From: Phoronis australis
Lineage: Eukaryota; Animalia; Phoronida
DNA length: 64,000 nt
Assembly (NCBI GenBank): GCA_002633005.1
Contig: NMRA01000952.1
Coordinates: forward strand, 1 to 64,000
Direction: 5' to 3'
Shown here one piece after another: positions 1-14,200 of the stretch. A program made the position numbers and the translations under genes. The notes beneath the pieces were generated by a model that worked only from the letters and a program-made list of their open reading frames with translations, searched no databases and was not told the origin of the DNA. Within the stretch, counting starts at the first letter, position 1. Each line of letters begins with the position of its first letter.

Positions 1-15
1 AAGAGGCATCTTTTT

Positions 16-237
16 AAGGGTAAAACAAGTCATGTTCAAAGCATCCTAGTGCCATTAATATGCAGTCTTTGGGGACAAAAGTGGTGTCATTTTATAGCTA
101 AAGAGTTAAGCTTTCGAACACAATGCTTGAATTCCAGACGTCTTTAACATTTACTTTTGAAATCACTTTTGAATATCCGTTAAAATGCGCTAAAAGAGTT
201 GTCCCTTCCTGGTTATCTCTTCCTGATACTATGTAAA
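16..237 (+). repeat. TTAA-type transposon end; second copy at 2230-2450
   Basis: AAGGGTAAA..TTCAAAGCATCC..CCCTTCCTGGTTATCTCTTCCTGAT is repeated at 2230-2450. Confidence 0.8.
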
Positions 238-2037
238 GTCATACGCTGCAACCGATGACAGAAGCTGTCGATATTATGTTCAAAGGTACACGATACATGT
301 AGATTCTGCAAAGGAGCAACTAATATACAAAGATGTAACAATGAATGTCATGTTATTCACAGCACCAGTATCTGAACAGTACTCTAAATTTTTGCTAGTA
401 TAAATCGTCATTTATGTAACAGGTTCATTTTCTTTTCACGCGCGCACCCAGCCTAAAATATAGGGGGGTCGAACCTTTCGGTATGTGGACCTTCTACTGA
501 AAAATATTAACGAGCACTAAAAAAACGGGGCCACTTGTTCGAGCCCCCCCCNAACCGCCTGAGTGTGCCCATGCTTCTTACGTTACTAATACACCTTTAA
601 TCATTTGGTATTACACTAAGACAAAAGTGAAAACTTAGATAACTGATCGACCAATCTGTACGTGGAGGGAGTCATTATTCTATTCTATAATTTGTCGCAT
701 TTTGGTGACACAAAATAATGTTTGAAGCTGTCTTGTATGCAAACTGAGTATCACGTTAGTCATTTATCTTCTGCTCCTAGTGTAATGAAACGCCTTTAAG
801 GACGACGAAGAGGTTTCTATTGATATGAGTGCTATGCAATGCGGTAGGAAAACTGAGCTGTAGCGAGAAGTTTCAGTGATAGTAAAGAGAACATTTTCCA
901 ATATGTTTGTCCCATATGCGTTGAGTAAATTGACGGGTATGTGGTGTTGTTTTCCGTTTGCACTCCGGCGACAACTTTTAACAGAGCGCTCGAAATTCAA
1001 ACATGAGAAGTACAAAAATTACAGTAGGCTTCACTCATCAGCTAATCATGCCGCACGGTTCTTTGGAAAATACAATGTTAAATATTCTTGTTATTTAATA
1101 ATATTCAAAAACGTTCAATGCACAATTACCGTCGTTCACATCACTGTTTTTTGTTTTCAAGCAAAAAATCTTTAAATTTGCTATTGTTTAACTAAAGTAA
1201 ACCTCAATCACAACGCGAACGTACATACATATGTGCACTATAGGTTGCGATCCGCAACGTGAACAGTCTTGATGAAGTATTTACAAATCTGCTGAAGGAA
1301 TAAAAGAAATTCTAGAATCCGAAGATTGTGTGATCAATACAAAAACGTACCTCGCCATGCGTAGATTACATGCCACTCAACGTTATTCCGCGTATATGCA
1401 GAATAATGTCTCGTGGGACAGTACATGTTCTTTATTCACTCCAATCTCTAAACGTCTTGTATATTCATGTGTATTAGATACATGATTTGGTATCGTATTA
1501 GAGATCGGCTGGCACTTGGTCATGTACAGTAGATGCATGGAAGCTGAGAACTGTAAACTTTCAAAATTAGTTTTAATTATTGTTATGATGGCTTCACGTT
1601 ACGCCTACCATCTTGGCAGCGGTAATATCCATGGCCGGCTTCCCTAACCACGAAATCTTAAGTATACATGCATAAGTACGATACTCCGTTTGAAAATGTC
1701 TGCGGCTATTAGATGCCTAACTATTCAGCAATAGATAGGCCTTGTTCGGAGAAAGTTTTAGGTGATAAAATGTGTTTGTGCTCAGCAAACATTCCACACT
1801 AAGCTCCTATGTCCCGTAGAAAGAAACGTAATTCTGAAACAAACGAATACAAACAACCTCTTTGGGTCAAGATCTAAGTTGGTATTCCAGTTCTACAGTT
1901 CTAAGCTTGAGTTGGTAACTGACATGGAATCCTATACCGATAAGTGATAAATTGCGATCGATTTTACAACAGTCTAAATTTTCAACCTACTAGCGTTAAG
2001 TTAAAAATCCACGTAAAGGAAATGGGAACAGACTCAC

Positions 2038-2223
2038 TGAACACGTGTCAAGATTGCAGCAGTCGCCAGTATAACATTGAGCGTTTCTCGCAAACGTACA
2101 GGTATCGGCCAGGCAACAGCTATTACTACAGACGTCTGCACTGCTGCAATCGCATTCCTCACCACTTTCCACAATGCCGTTCCCGCAGACGAGTAAAATT
2201 GTTTCCGGCACGTTGTGTAGACA
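2038..2223 (-). CDS. ADAM exon: end of catalytic domain and disintegrin N-half ([44 protein letters not shown]); 5' boundary lost at N2224
   Basis: Canonical ADAM disintegrin Cys spacing; GTGAGT donor immediately after 2038. Confidence 0.92.
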
Positions 2224-5200
2224 NTTTGGAAGGGTAAAGCATGTCACGTTCAAAGCATCCCAGTGCCAGTAATATGCAGTCTTTGAGGACCAAAGTGGTG
2301 TTACTTTATAGCTAAAGAGTTAATCTTTCAAACCTAATGCTTGGATTCCAGATTACTTGAATATTTACTTTTAAAATCACGTTTGAAATCACGTTAAATT
2401 GCGCTAAAACAGTTGTCCCTTCCTGGTTATCTCTTCCTGATGTTATGTAATTATGAGAGTGAAGAAAAATATCCTCGCTGGTTCCTTGCGTGCCGAGTCA
2501 GCACGCCAGTATCACGCAGTAGCACGTGTTTTATCTTTGGTTGATAAAACCTCCTGAGTGGATTGCTTAGCTTTACAACAAAGTGAGAAAGTGGCGGACT
2601 AACAAACGGTTTTTAGCCTTGTCAAATGTAGCGGCAACTATTTCGTTTCTGCAATAATGTTTAATAGCCGTGTTCTTGAAGCACACATATGTAGAATAAG
2701 GATTGTTCTGAAACCCCCTAGACAATAAACACTCCGTCGTCTGGCCGGTTTAACTAGTGTGTCATTCCAACTGTGTGAATACAGGACAGCAATGAAAACA
2801 AAATCAGCGACAGTAGAAACATGCACTCCGAAAAGGTGCAACCACAATTTATGGGATTCACATTTCAATTTTAAGCACCGATTTGTGTGTACAACAGACC
2901 ATATTTACACTTCTGCTTCTTCCATCAGTCAAGTTAGTTTGTTTGCTTAAGCACTGCCTTTTGAGAATTCGGCCAGCCAATCAAAAAAAAAAAAAATCCC
3001 GAGGAAAATTACAGATGTATGTGATTCTGCGAGCTAGCTACCACCTAGCGGCACGCAGGGAACCAGCGAGGAAAAATCTCCAAATTTGTCCAACTTCGGT
3101 ACATCATATCTCAATAACTAATCAAATTCGATTTTTTAGATTGCCTTATGCGCAGTTCTCCAATTAAGAAATATTTTTCAGTCGATCCATTTTTGCATGG
3201 GGAGTTATCAACTATTGGGACTATTATGATTTTCATTAAAAATTGTCAAGCCGCAGGGTGAAAACGAAGCGATATTTTATACAAAAATGTAACAGCGTTT
3301 TTGAAGTGGCTTCATGGAGGTGTATATCAAATTGATTGTGATCATGCTATTGATACGGTTATGTTGATATCAATGCACCAGAGTGTTTTGCTAGATTCTA
3401 CTAAAGCACTGTCACGTGACCCCCTTATAGGGCCTCTGCTTTCAGAAAGTATGAACTTTCACTGTGTCTTTCCTGGTGTATAAATTTGACTACAAGTTTC
3501 TATGTAAATTTAAATAATTACAGATTCGATGTCTGATGTTTCTCAAGATTGTTGCAATGTGCTTTATTGAGTGCACACTCGACGTAACATAGCTTACGCA
3601 GTGGATGTTGCCTTGGCCATGACGCATCCTCTCTGTCCATCTGCGCAGTGGCACGAGTCTTTGTCGTGTAACATTCCTAGAGTATGTCCGATTTCGTGGG
3701 CTAAAGAGGACCCCGCCTGGGCAAAACCGGTCCCAAAGTCCTAGAATGACAAGGTTAATTGGTTAAGGGAAAGATTCGATTTACGAAGCCAATACAAGCA
3801 TGACGACAAACCAGTGGGCCAATATCTCTCTGGCGAAATCAATTGACTGACAGGAGACGCACTAGAGACACCACTGGCAACAATGAGGCATGGATAAAAT
3901 GTGATGTTGAACAAATGGGACTTCGGCAGTTGTTGAGGCTTCTTCGTCAAAATCGTAAGATATTCTTTGGGGATGTATTTACTTTTACCGTTATTTTCGC
4001 AAAATTAAGCGAGAGGCCAATGTCTCTAGACCTTCCTGCAGAAACTGTGACCTTCAGACAATCATCCATTTATAGGTGATCCGTTTCCCCTTGTGTCACC
4101 GTGTTTACGCGTGCGGCGACTATTACGCGTGAATACATCCGGGGAGCAGAACGTGATATTATCTCTTCTCGTCGGTGCCTCTAAATGTATCTCAGATCCA
4201 GTGGGTCCTAACATCACAGGCCCGTAGCCAGCATTGCGCGGAAGTGGTTCGAAGGTTTTAAATAGGACCTTTTGATAATATTTTGCAAACGTCCACCATT
4301 TTTGATGGCACTTGGCGGATCCATTTTCCTAAGATAAGATGGAATTGGTACATGTATGATTCCATGAGGGTTACTCGCAAAAACGGGATCCACGTTCGAA
4401 TGTATTGTGGTCCACAAAGTTCTTTTTCTGGATGACTGAGCGTTACCCTCTGCCAAATTTTCGAACGTTGCGTGCTTTTAAGACTGTGTGATTGTACTCC
4501 ATTACATACTTGGACGGAAACATTTAGTCAGAGAATGACTTGAAGATTTTTTGTCATTTTAAGTCGGTCATAGCGATTCGGGAAAGGGGAACAGCAGATT
4601 TAGAGTCGCAGTGGCGTACTTACTAATATGATACTGGGAACAACGCCCAGGTATTAATAATCTTTAAAGGAGAATGCCACCCGAGTTAATTAGTCTTTTT
4701 TACCGCCTTCATCGGTCTATATCCACATCGCCTCTTATACGGTCGACCTCACCTTGCCGAGAGGTGTCGCGTTAACCTGTGAGTAAGGTGAGAAGCGACT
4801 CAACGACATCAGTGGTTCGTCTGCAGAGAGAATGCCGCTATATTGCGGTGCATCGGTTCAAGCTAGTCCGAACTATGAAGCTGGGAAGAAAGCCGGTATA
4901 TCGGTTTTTCGACTTCCTCGAGAGCCCGAAATGCTTAGGAAGTAGCTCGTCGTAGTGAAAAATACAAGTATGAGGCCGTGAAACATCTCCGTGTTTGTGG
5001 CCGGCTTTTCGTAGACAGTGATTTTCTGGCGAATTGCGGCTTACCAAAGAACTATCCATACGTTTCGTCGCCTGTGCATGTTCACGGCGTCTCTCTAGTA
5101 TTGCTTGATCAGTGTATTCCTGTTCGAACTGATAGCCTGTGAAACCTAACGATCCATCTGTGAAGTATTCGTCGGATGAGCTCTTGACTAAGTCGGGATT

Positions 5201-8200
5201 GGCGCCGGGCGAGTTGCAATGTAGACGTTTATTATTCTGCGTTCTGTTTCAAAATGAATTATTCGCATCCTAAAATGATCGTAACTAATGCAACTTATAT
5301 GAAACTGAAACAAAGTCTGTCTCACTAAATACAATTTGTAATGCCTTGGAGTGCCCCTGAGTGCAAATGTTATGAGAAGCCAGCAATGAATAAACCACTG
5401 TGTCACCGGCTTTTGGTGCCGGCAACAAAGGTAATTGACCTGGCACCGAGGCCGTGTGAGCGCATGCTAATTCAGTGTTTGCTGACAGAAAGCTGTTGTG
5501 AAACAATAACTCGATTTTATATGCTATTGTCACATGTTAAAGGAATCATTATTTAGAAATACAAATACATTTTTCAAATCATTCTTACTGTGCAACCGTT
5601 GCCCTGACGGTCTGTGGAAGGGGATCCCGACTTTGCGGCCCCCGACAAGTAAGCAGTCACGGGCTAATTCACATAAATAATTACGTGCACATTTCTTTGG
5701 CTCACTATTATAGTCTTTTCGTGACTGGAGGTTTAGTTTCCAACTCAAACTGGTTTATGATCGTGCCAGTCCCGGCGGCCGCGACGGACCTGATCGGGTT
5801 CCGAGCCACTCGGGCTGGGATAACAAGTCAGTCCGGCTGCGACGGGCCTGATCGGGTTCCGAACCACTGGCCGTGATAACAAGCGTTTTGTGTGTTTAGA
5901 ACTCAAAAAATCACAAGTATAAACAACACAGATCTAGGTTCTCCCGTCTCTATTTCACGGAAGAATACTTCGAATTTATCTCCGATGCTGTCCCTATTTT
6001 GAAAATGAATCGCTTTAGAATCAAGAATCGCGATTGTGAATGATTGGAACTGATCTCATTTGCAAACAATGCAATCAATAATTTAAGAACTGTTCTTTTT
6101 GCACACCTTTAAATGGTTAGTAAATGGACATAAGTGCAATAGTTTATGAATCTCACTTCCGCCTCATTAGCAGACACTTAGAGTACCAAACTGTCGGACT
6201 TGTGACCATGGTTTCGCAACAGTGAACGTTAGAAGTAGTGATATGTAATAGTGGAAATCTCTTCCATCAAGATTGTTGTTCATATGAAGTTTGAGAGGTT
6301 GTGCATCATTATTGCATTATCTATTATATTTAAAAGAATGAAATCGCACACATCACATGCATGTCAATCCATCAATCCACAACTAAAGCGTGCATTGGAT
6401 TATCAACATATTCGACGATTACTTACAATTCGAAAAAGAGGAAAGCCTGCCCATTTCTACATGTACGTGTACATGCTGGCAGTTATGCCTAAAAATCTTT
6501 TAGTGTTTTGTTTGTTGTCCGGTTTTAAGCCAATTTCACACTACTTTTTGGGATCTCTCTGCTTTATAGGTATAGACATTTAATTCTAGGCCCGTGTTAC
6601 CCTATTGCTCACTCAGGCCACGCGCATTCAACATGGCAGTCGGTGGCTTATGGTTGTCAGTAACATGAACTAAGTCGCCCGCTAATCGTCGTCTGCCCGA
6701 ATCTGTCACCTGGTGCGCAAATACGTGACCACTTGGCGAAGTTGTGTGGGTATGGCCCAGGTGATTACGTAAAGCCCTTGGATTCAGAACCAATTTTGAA
6801 ATTATTAGCAACTTGATTGTTATTGTATTTAGTAGTACCAGTAATAAGTACAACAATTTTGTTGATGGCGCTGCTAATCTGTATCCTATACGTAACGGAT
6901 ATGCTGGGGCTGGACCTTTTCCGCAAGGAGGAGGTTCGATTGCACCCCGTGAACCCCCATGGCTACGGGCCTGCATCAACATAGGCCACCCTGGCGGATC
7001 TACATGTATGTTGTCGACCATAAGTGGGTACAGAAAAAAATCCGCTTATAACCACTTAAAAGTAGTCCTGATTTCCCTTAATCTGGCAAGATTTGTCTTT
7101 ATTACTGAAAAATATGTTCAGCCGTCTCATGCAATTGAATGGTGGTATCATTGTGAACCAAAATAACCGAAAAATAAACAAGATGCGTGGTGAGTCCTAG
7201 GAGGTTTTCCAAGACTCAGAGGCCTAAATAGGATAGGTTTCATACTACGCTTAGATATACAGTTGAAACGACAGGAATAATTACTCCAGAGGTACTCATG
7301 ATGAGCAAAAACTTACGTATTGCGGCTCATGGAGCATCGCATAGCAACACAGAGCACAAAAAGCAAGACAAGAATTCCGAAGGATTGTCTGCACTCAGGT
7401 CTCTGCACCTTTATGCATAGCATTGCCTTTTGGCAAATTGAAATTCCCATGAAGTCATCCAAACTTATTCAAACGTCAACCATTTTTTGCGATTACCAAT
7501 AAGCTTTTCCGATCGAATCCAAACTAATCCGGTTATGTGAGTTAAATAGGCAAACATGGATGCGTGTGCGATTCGTCGAAGACACTCAATCGTCGATAGA
7601 GCGAATAAATGGATGACACCTTTGAACTTGACCCTTCTTCCTGAAACGAACACGCAAGCGGATTCTTTACTTTGCCCACAACCTCACGTTACCTGCCATA
7701 GTTACATGTACTTTCAGAGTCCTGGTATCTATCTATTAAAACGCTAAGTTTGGACCCGGATGTTGGCTTCGACTTTGTCAAACCAAAACAACTCGAGAGC
7801 GACCACGAGGAAACCGCCCCCACCAAACCACTTTCGCTCCCGCAACAAAAAAGCGATGAAGTCTGAGGCCACAAAACACCGGTGTGATTTTTTTCACTTT
7901 CTTACCAAGAAGTGGATTCAGTCGATCCAATGAACGCCCTTCTTTCTCTAAGCCAGATTATTATTTGAGGTTATTCGTCCGTACGCCTATCAGGTTGATT
8001 GATCAATGTTTGGTAGCGAGAGAATCGAAAAAACAATGTCAACGCTGAAAACTTCCGAAATTCGAGTCAAGCAAAGGAGCACCCGTTCGCCGCCGCGTAG
8101 GCGTAATGCGTGTGCCACAGTCGCGTACTTCACAAAAGAGACCTACATGTACTGCAAAACCACGACGACTGTGGGAGTTCCTCTCTTAGGTCTACGGTTC

Positions 8201-11200
8201 CTGTTAAAAGTACCGAGGCCCATGCACAGTCACGCCAGGAGTTTTCCTTAGTCTCCGTAGGCTTAAAAACTATACTAGCCCACAGCGTCAACTGTTCAAA
8301 AGTTTCGTGTTTCCCGTTTTAATCGTTCTTTAGGGTATTCGTTACACGAGTCCTGGTGTGGAATAAGTCGTGCTGTGAAATATTGTGGTCATTTACAGTA
8401 CTTGATCACCACGTTTTTGTTCAAATGCAATCGTAAACAAAGAGGGTCTCGATAATAGACGAGTGTTCGTGTTGTCCCGCATCAGGTCAGGTGCTTATGG
8501 TGTTGATGAAAGTCAACCTTTCCCTTACTGGACTGGTTCAGAATGATATCATTCCCTCGGGCACTAATGGTTAAACGTCTTCAAGTTATCAAAAAGATTG
8601 ATCACGTTTAGATTAACATTCATGTCTTCGTGCGTGACACTTCCGTGACATGTTACATAGTCAGTGTTCTCTATAACTGGAAATCAAAACCTGCCGGAAA
8701 GACCTATGTGTAACAGGACTCAACCCGGAAGCCATTTTTGTTATGACCAAACAAAACCCACACGCACGTTAACCACTAACCTGATGGAAGCATCGGCAAA
8801 CTGGTTCAGAGTTCATTAATGTTAGGATTTGGTTAAAAAACAAGAGTCCGCGAGACTGCGTGAGATGTTGCCATGAAATTAAATGAGGACGCCTGAATTC
8901 TGCGATGTCCTACTCTAGCATTACTGAAGCTGTTGAAGCGACTTGTCGTGGAGATCAATGATGTTTCAAAATGGCTTGTTTTTTTTCTATTTTTCAGTAC
9001 CAGTTACTGCAAAAAACAACGAGTTTGGAAATGCGTTTTTGTAAATAATTACTTAAAATTGTCGATTAAGGGTGGAAAACTTCAGCTTTATAATTGAAAA
9101 AGAGGAAGAAAAGAACTTTATCAGGCAAAGGTCATCAAACTTATCTGCCTACGTACCCTAATCCTGCATGAACCTAGTCGAACATCATTTGAATATCTGC
9201 GTGCAATATATGGCCAGGTTTGTATACTTTAAAAGAGGCGTGTGTTAGACTCCATTCGCTTAAAGACACCAAGTGAGGTATTTGCTCCGCAGAAGCTGCT
9301 GAATTCCAGATGCCAAGGACCAATGCACTTTCTTTTAGTCACATTGTGTTCGCACAGCAATCGACTCCATACTCCACTATGAAGGAATTAGCACCGAGAT
9401 AATTTGAATGAGGACTTTGTTCACTACAGCTACATATGTGAAACCTACATGCGAATTTGAGGTATAATAAAGACAGATTGCGTGTATGTGTTTCGTGGTA
9501 ATATCATTACATTTGTGTAGGGTGAAACACCAATAAAAGGGGACGTTCATAAAAAACGCGATAATGAAAAATTGTATGACAATAACAAACAACATTTAAA
9601 CGTGTGGAAAGCAGCATAGCTTTTACGTGATTTTTTGTTTCCTAACTCAAGCATGTACATGTATCACCAAGGCAACTTCCCATGTCTAGCGTAAAGCGGT
9701 GAAAGCATGTACTTCCGTATTACAAGACCCTCGAAACTTCTGTCCTATGATCACATGACGCTCGGTACCGTTACGGTGCGGTGCTGCTCCGCCGGAAAAT
9801 TTCGCTTTTTACTCAGTCACTCGGACAATAGAAGTCTGCCATATTCACAGCACGACAAAGAGGCGATGACGTCACGGCGTCAATTTCAGTGTGCATCTGC
9901 CCCGAGTGTTAGAGAAACAAGTTAAGGACTCGACGACTTCCAGTGCAATCTCAAAAACACCACAGATTTCACTGTTTTATAGGTCTAGCAGAGCAGTCGC
10001 GTACAGAAGGGGGAATAGTCCTAGGTATCCACGCGGGGTATCCAACCACTATGAATAAGCTTTTTTGAAGTTGTGGCGGATTTGAAGTTAAACTGAATAA
10101 AGTTTATAATTTATTTTCATTTTACATCTTACTTAAGTACTAGGGTCCATGCATTTGAGAAGAGAGAGTGATATTTAATCCAAAATCTCCCCAAACATCA
10201 ACAAACCTTTACAAGGCTTATAACACCAAGATGTCTTTCTCACAATAGCCTCAAAAATGCGTTTTCGGCTGAAATACCGGTTTCGTCTTGTTAAGCAACA
10301 AAATTACATATCAAAAATATTGACGGCTACGAGGAGACGAAAATTTTGGCATTTAATTCCGCATTGTGAGAGCCGGTCAAGAATCTAACGGAAATCATGA
10401 GGATGTCATATGATTTCCGTTTACTTCTCTCGGAAAAACGAGGAACATACCACGTGTTTGTTAGGAAAGGTGTGGATAACATTTTGTTATGAAAGCATTA
10501 CCTTGATTAGAGCGACACCTGTTTTGCTGCATACTGAGTTTATGTTTGCCACTCCAACCTGACGTCCAAAATTTAGCCAGCTGAAACCAGCAAATAAATA
10601 TATATATTGCGAACGTAACCTTTTATCAATCGGGATTTTCAATTACAGATTTATGGCTACTGGTTTGGGAAGTAACAGGCTACTACTCCAAAATCTCACC
10701 AAACCCCGAACAAAAAAACACTTCTTCTAAAGCCTACTAGTCCGATGGCTAATTATTATGACAAAACATCACCACGATTCTGTTTTGACTTTTTATTAGA
10801 AAACTACCAAATAAATTTGAAAAATTATGAAACGACATTGTCGATTTGTTCATCTAATAAACACTACTCCTGTAAATAATACTCTTAATTGAAAGTACAA
10901 AAAGAGGGCTTCTGGATGTTTTCAGGTGCCGCTGCTTCGTTTTTTGTTTTTTTAAGTGATATATTTTTTGAAGGGTACACAGAACATACAAAGAAATAAT
11001 AACAAACCCAGAATCCGCTAAGCATTATACATGTATCTGGATTGTAAACAATTCATAAATGAAACTTATATACATGTACATAGAGATATATACAATTAAG
11101 TAGTATCTAAAATAAGTATTCCAATACTTAGATATCCTATTTCAGATATATAAAAACAAAAAGATGACAGATTCATTTAGGGAAATCAGATGCAACTATA

Positions 11201-14200
11201 TTGATAAACGGTACATAAAAATTTGCTAACGTTGCTTGGAGGAATTTGTTGAGAACGAAGTCAAGGTTAGGACTACCATTCAGTAATAATGTAACTCTAG
11301 TAGGAATATTATTACAAGAATTGAGAGCGTTAACAATTGATTGGTTATCATTGAGTGCACGAAAGAGTGAGTCTCTCAGGTATTCGATGAGGGGCCATTT
11401 GGAGAAAATATGAGGATAAGATTGAAGGTCACCACATTTACAGTTTGGAGAGCTTCGTTGACATGTATCACTCTTGTTTTAATGTAATTTTATGTGAAAT
11501 TTTATCCTCAGAAATAACTTCATTGTACGTTACTAAAAATGTTTACAAACATGAAGCAATAGGCCATATGCAGAAACGAAGTGCGCATGCCAGAAAGTAG
11601 TTGAAACGTTGCGTACTGGAACTTATCCGAGTAACCTGCCTTGGGTTAGATAAGGAACCGCTTCAAAGCGTCTTCTGCACGCAGATTGTTTGAAAACCCC
11701 GTCGATACCCTCACCCCACAACCCACTCGACCCATAACCCCCATGACACAATACCCACAACCCCCTCGAAAACGACCTGTGGCAATAGATGTGTCTTTGC
11801 GCGTTTTACACATTTCTTGATCATGTTACAATGTTCGTCGCGGAATGACTTTCTAACAAGATTTATCCACAGGCGAATCTGCTCTAGCTCAAGTCTGGTG
11901 GTTGAAATCAAAAAGTGGCGTAAGAAATAGCGAATTGTGAGCGTGCTATCTTCGCCACGGAAATAGTTCCACGAGCGGCTACTAATGGCGCTGTTGTGCC
12001 AAACTTAAAGAGAGAGTACGTTAACGTGAATGGATATTTTTATTATTTGCTCTCTACGTTATACTGGTTTACAATGTACGTAACGTTGAGATAATTTTTA
12101 ATTAAGATTACACTTTGCCGGATAGACAATTGTAACGTTAGTAGGTCTTTGATTTGATTTGGCTGTGATGTTTTTCTTTTCTGTTTTTGGCTTTCAAACT
12201 TGCCGAGTCGACTCTTATAATTGCAAAACAAACATTCAGGAAAAAGCCAGCCGGGCACACTGCCCAACTCGTTAGTCCTGCAAGTCAGAGCTTGCTCTAT
12301 GTTCAGATCGAGCCAAGCTTGTGTAGACTGGATCGAGGGTGTTGTGAGCCGTGGGTCGAGGGGTACAATGTACGTGGTGGGTCGTTGGGGTTTTAGAACA
12401 ATCCAGTGCACGCAAATCGTGTTTGGATTTGGGACAGTTGAAGTTGCGGAGACTAGTCTCGGCAAAGTTTGAATGTCTAAGCTTTAATTTCTATATGTCG
12501 TGATGAGTCAGATCGGTTAATTCGCCTGCCTATGGGATGAACGAAGAATATTTGGCAGAAAAAGACGTTACAGGGGCTGTCATAAACAAACCGTTGGGGT
12601 CATACCAATGTGTCCCGGGTTCTGTCTGTCCCGGGTTCTATGCGTTCAGGTTTCTGTGCAGATTTGAATGGGTAACTTAAAATAATCATTTGGACGAAGT
12701 ATGGCAATTTGTTACGAAACCTGCACATACTGCCTAAGGTTTGAATGTTATAAACCTTTTTGGCTAAAATATGGGCGGTGCAGCATTGAAAAAGTGGGGG
12801 GGCAAAAGCCCATTCAGCCCCCTTGTGGTGCATCGCCTATAGACCATGTGCCGCGTAGCACTGAAAAAGTGCTGTATCCCCACCCCACCCAGCCCCCTAT
12901 GGTGCGCCGCCCATGAAAAATAGTGTTTCATTGTGAAACTGTCGCGTGATCCTGACCTTGTATGACCTTGCAAGCGTCAAAAGTTAATTGGGCACCCTGG
13001 TGAACATGAGAGTCGACTCAAAGATCCTGAGATTCAGTCAAGATTTGAAGTGGTTCCAGAGACATGCTTTAATTGCATGATTCATGCCACTATGCCAAAT
13101 TTGCACTCACGAACACTCCAAGGTATTACAAATTGTATCTAATGAGACATACTTTGTTTCAGTTTTACATAAGCATTGGTTAGGGTGAGAATAATTCATT
13201 TTGAAACAGTACGCAAAATATTAAACGTCAACGTGGCAACTCGCAATCCCGACTTAGACGAGTGTTCATCCGACGAAGACTTCATAGGTTTCACAGGAAT
13301 ACACTTATCAAGAAATACTAAAGAGGCAAAGTGAACGTGAACAGAGAACGGGACATACATGTATGGATAGTTTCGAAAACCGCTTGAATGACTTGCCATG
13401 GTGTCACTGAGCTACTGTAACTGCACTATTGTATAATGGAAACGACTGGCGCTTGTGTTTGCTGCCAAAAAATTTCGCAAGCGAAAAGCCTTCTTGGAGA
13501 AGCGCAGATGTGCATCACGGACCATCCAAATTTTGCACTGCATATAAACAGCGGAGTGCGTACGACCTTTTTTACGGCTAAGGAACTGGCGAAAACATCC
13601 TACACCCAGAGCACCAACAGAAGCCTGACGAACGAGTCAGTCATCAAACAGGTTATATGAAACGTTATGTTCTCACGCCTTGAATTAATTGCATATGTTT
13701 TCATGGCTATCTACACTTCTCCATAACCAAAAACTGATCAACAACCCGGCGATCTGCGTTTTTTTGTCTCCTAACTGCCGAACGCAAGCACACTAGGTAC
13801 AACTGACTTCAGCCTCAGTCTCTTTTTCTGCCCTTGCATGAACTGTTTGGTAAGCCAGAATTCGATCGTAAGTGAAATCACTGTCAACGAAATCCCGGCC
13901 ACTGACAGACACGGAGAATTTCACGGCCTCGCACTACATGTAGGTACTTTAATACCAAGTGAAGAATGAAAAGTACGACGTTGAAACGGCGTACTTTTCA
14001 TTCTTCACTACTGCGAGCCACTTCGAAGTTTTTCGTGTTCTGCGGGTTGTAAAGTTTCATCATGGCTCCAGACACTATTAATTAAAAAACATATACAAGC
14101 GATGTTAAGCCCTCTTTCACTGAAACTAGGGAGAACTATGTAAAACATAAACCGGTATGTAGTTCTGAACATCACTTTAACAATGGGTATCCTGAAAAAG

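Noticed and set aside
6602-7166. Overlapping 139-aa and 117-aa ORFs
   Set aside because: They span a short GC-rich MITE-like repeat and show no domain motifs.
7317-7450. Minus-strand signal-peptide-like exon ([21 protein letters not shown]) with a GTAAGT donor inside an ADAM intron
   Set aside because: It ends in phase 2 while the next ADAM exon (3740) starts in phase 0; no other support.
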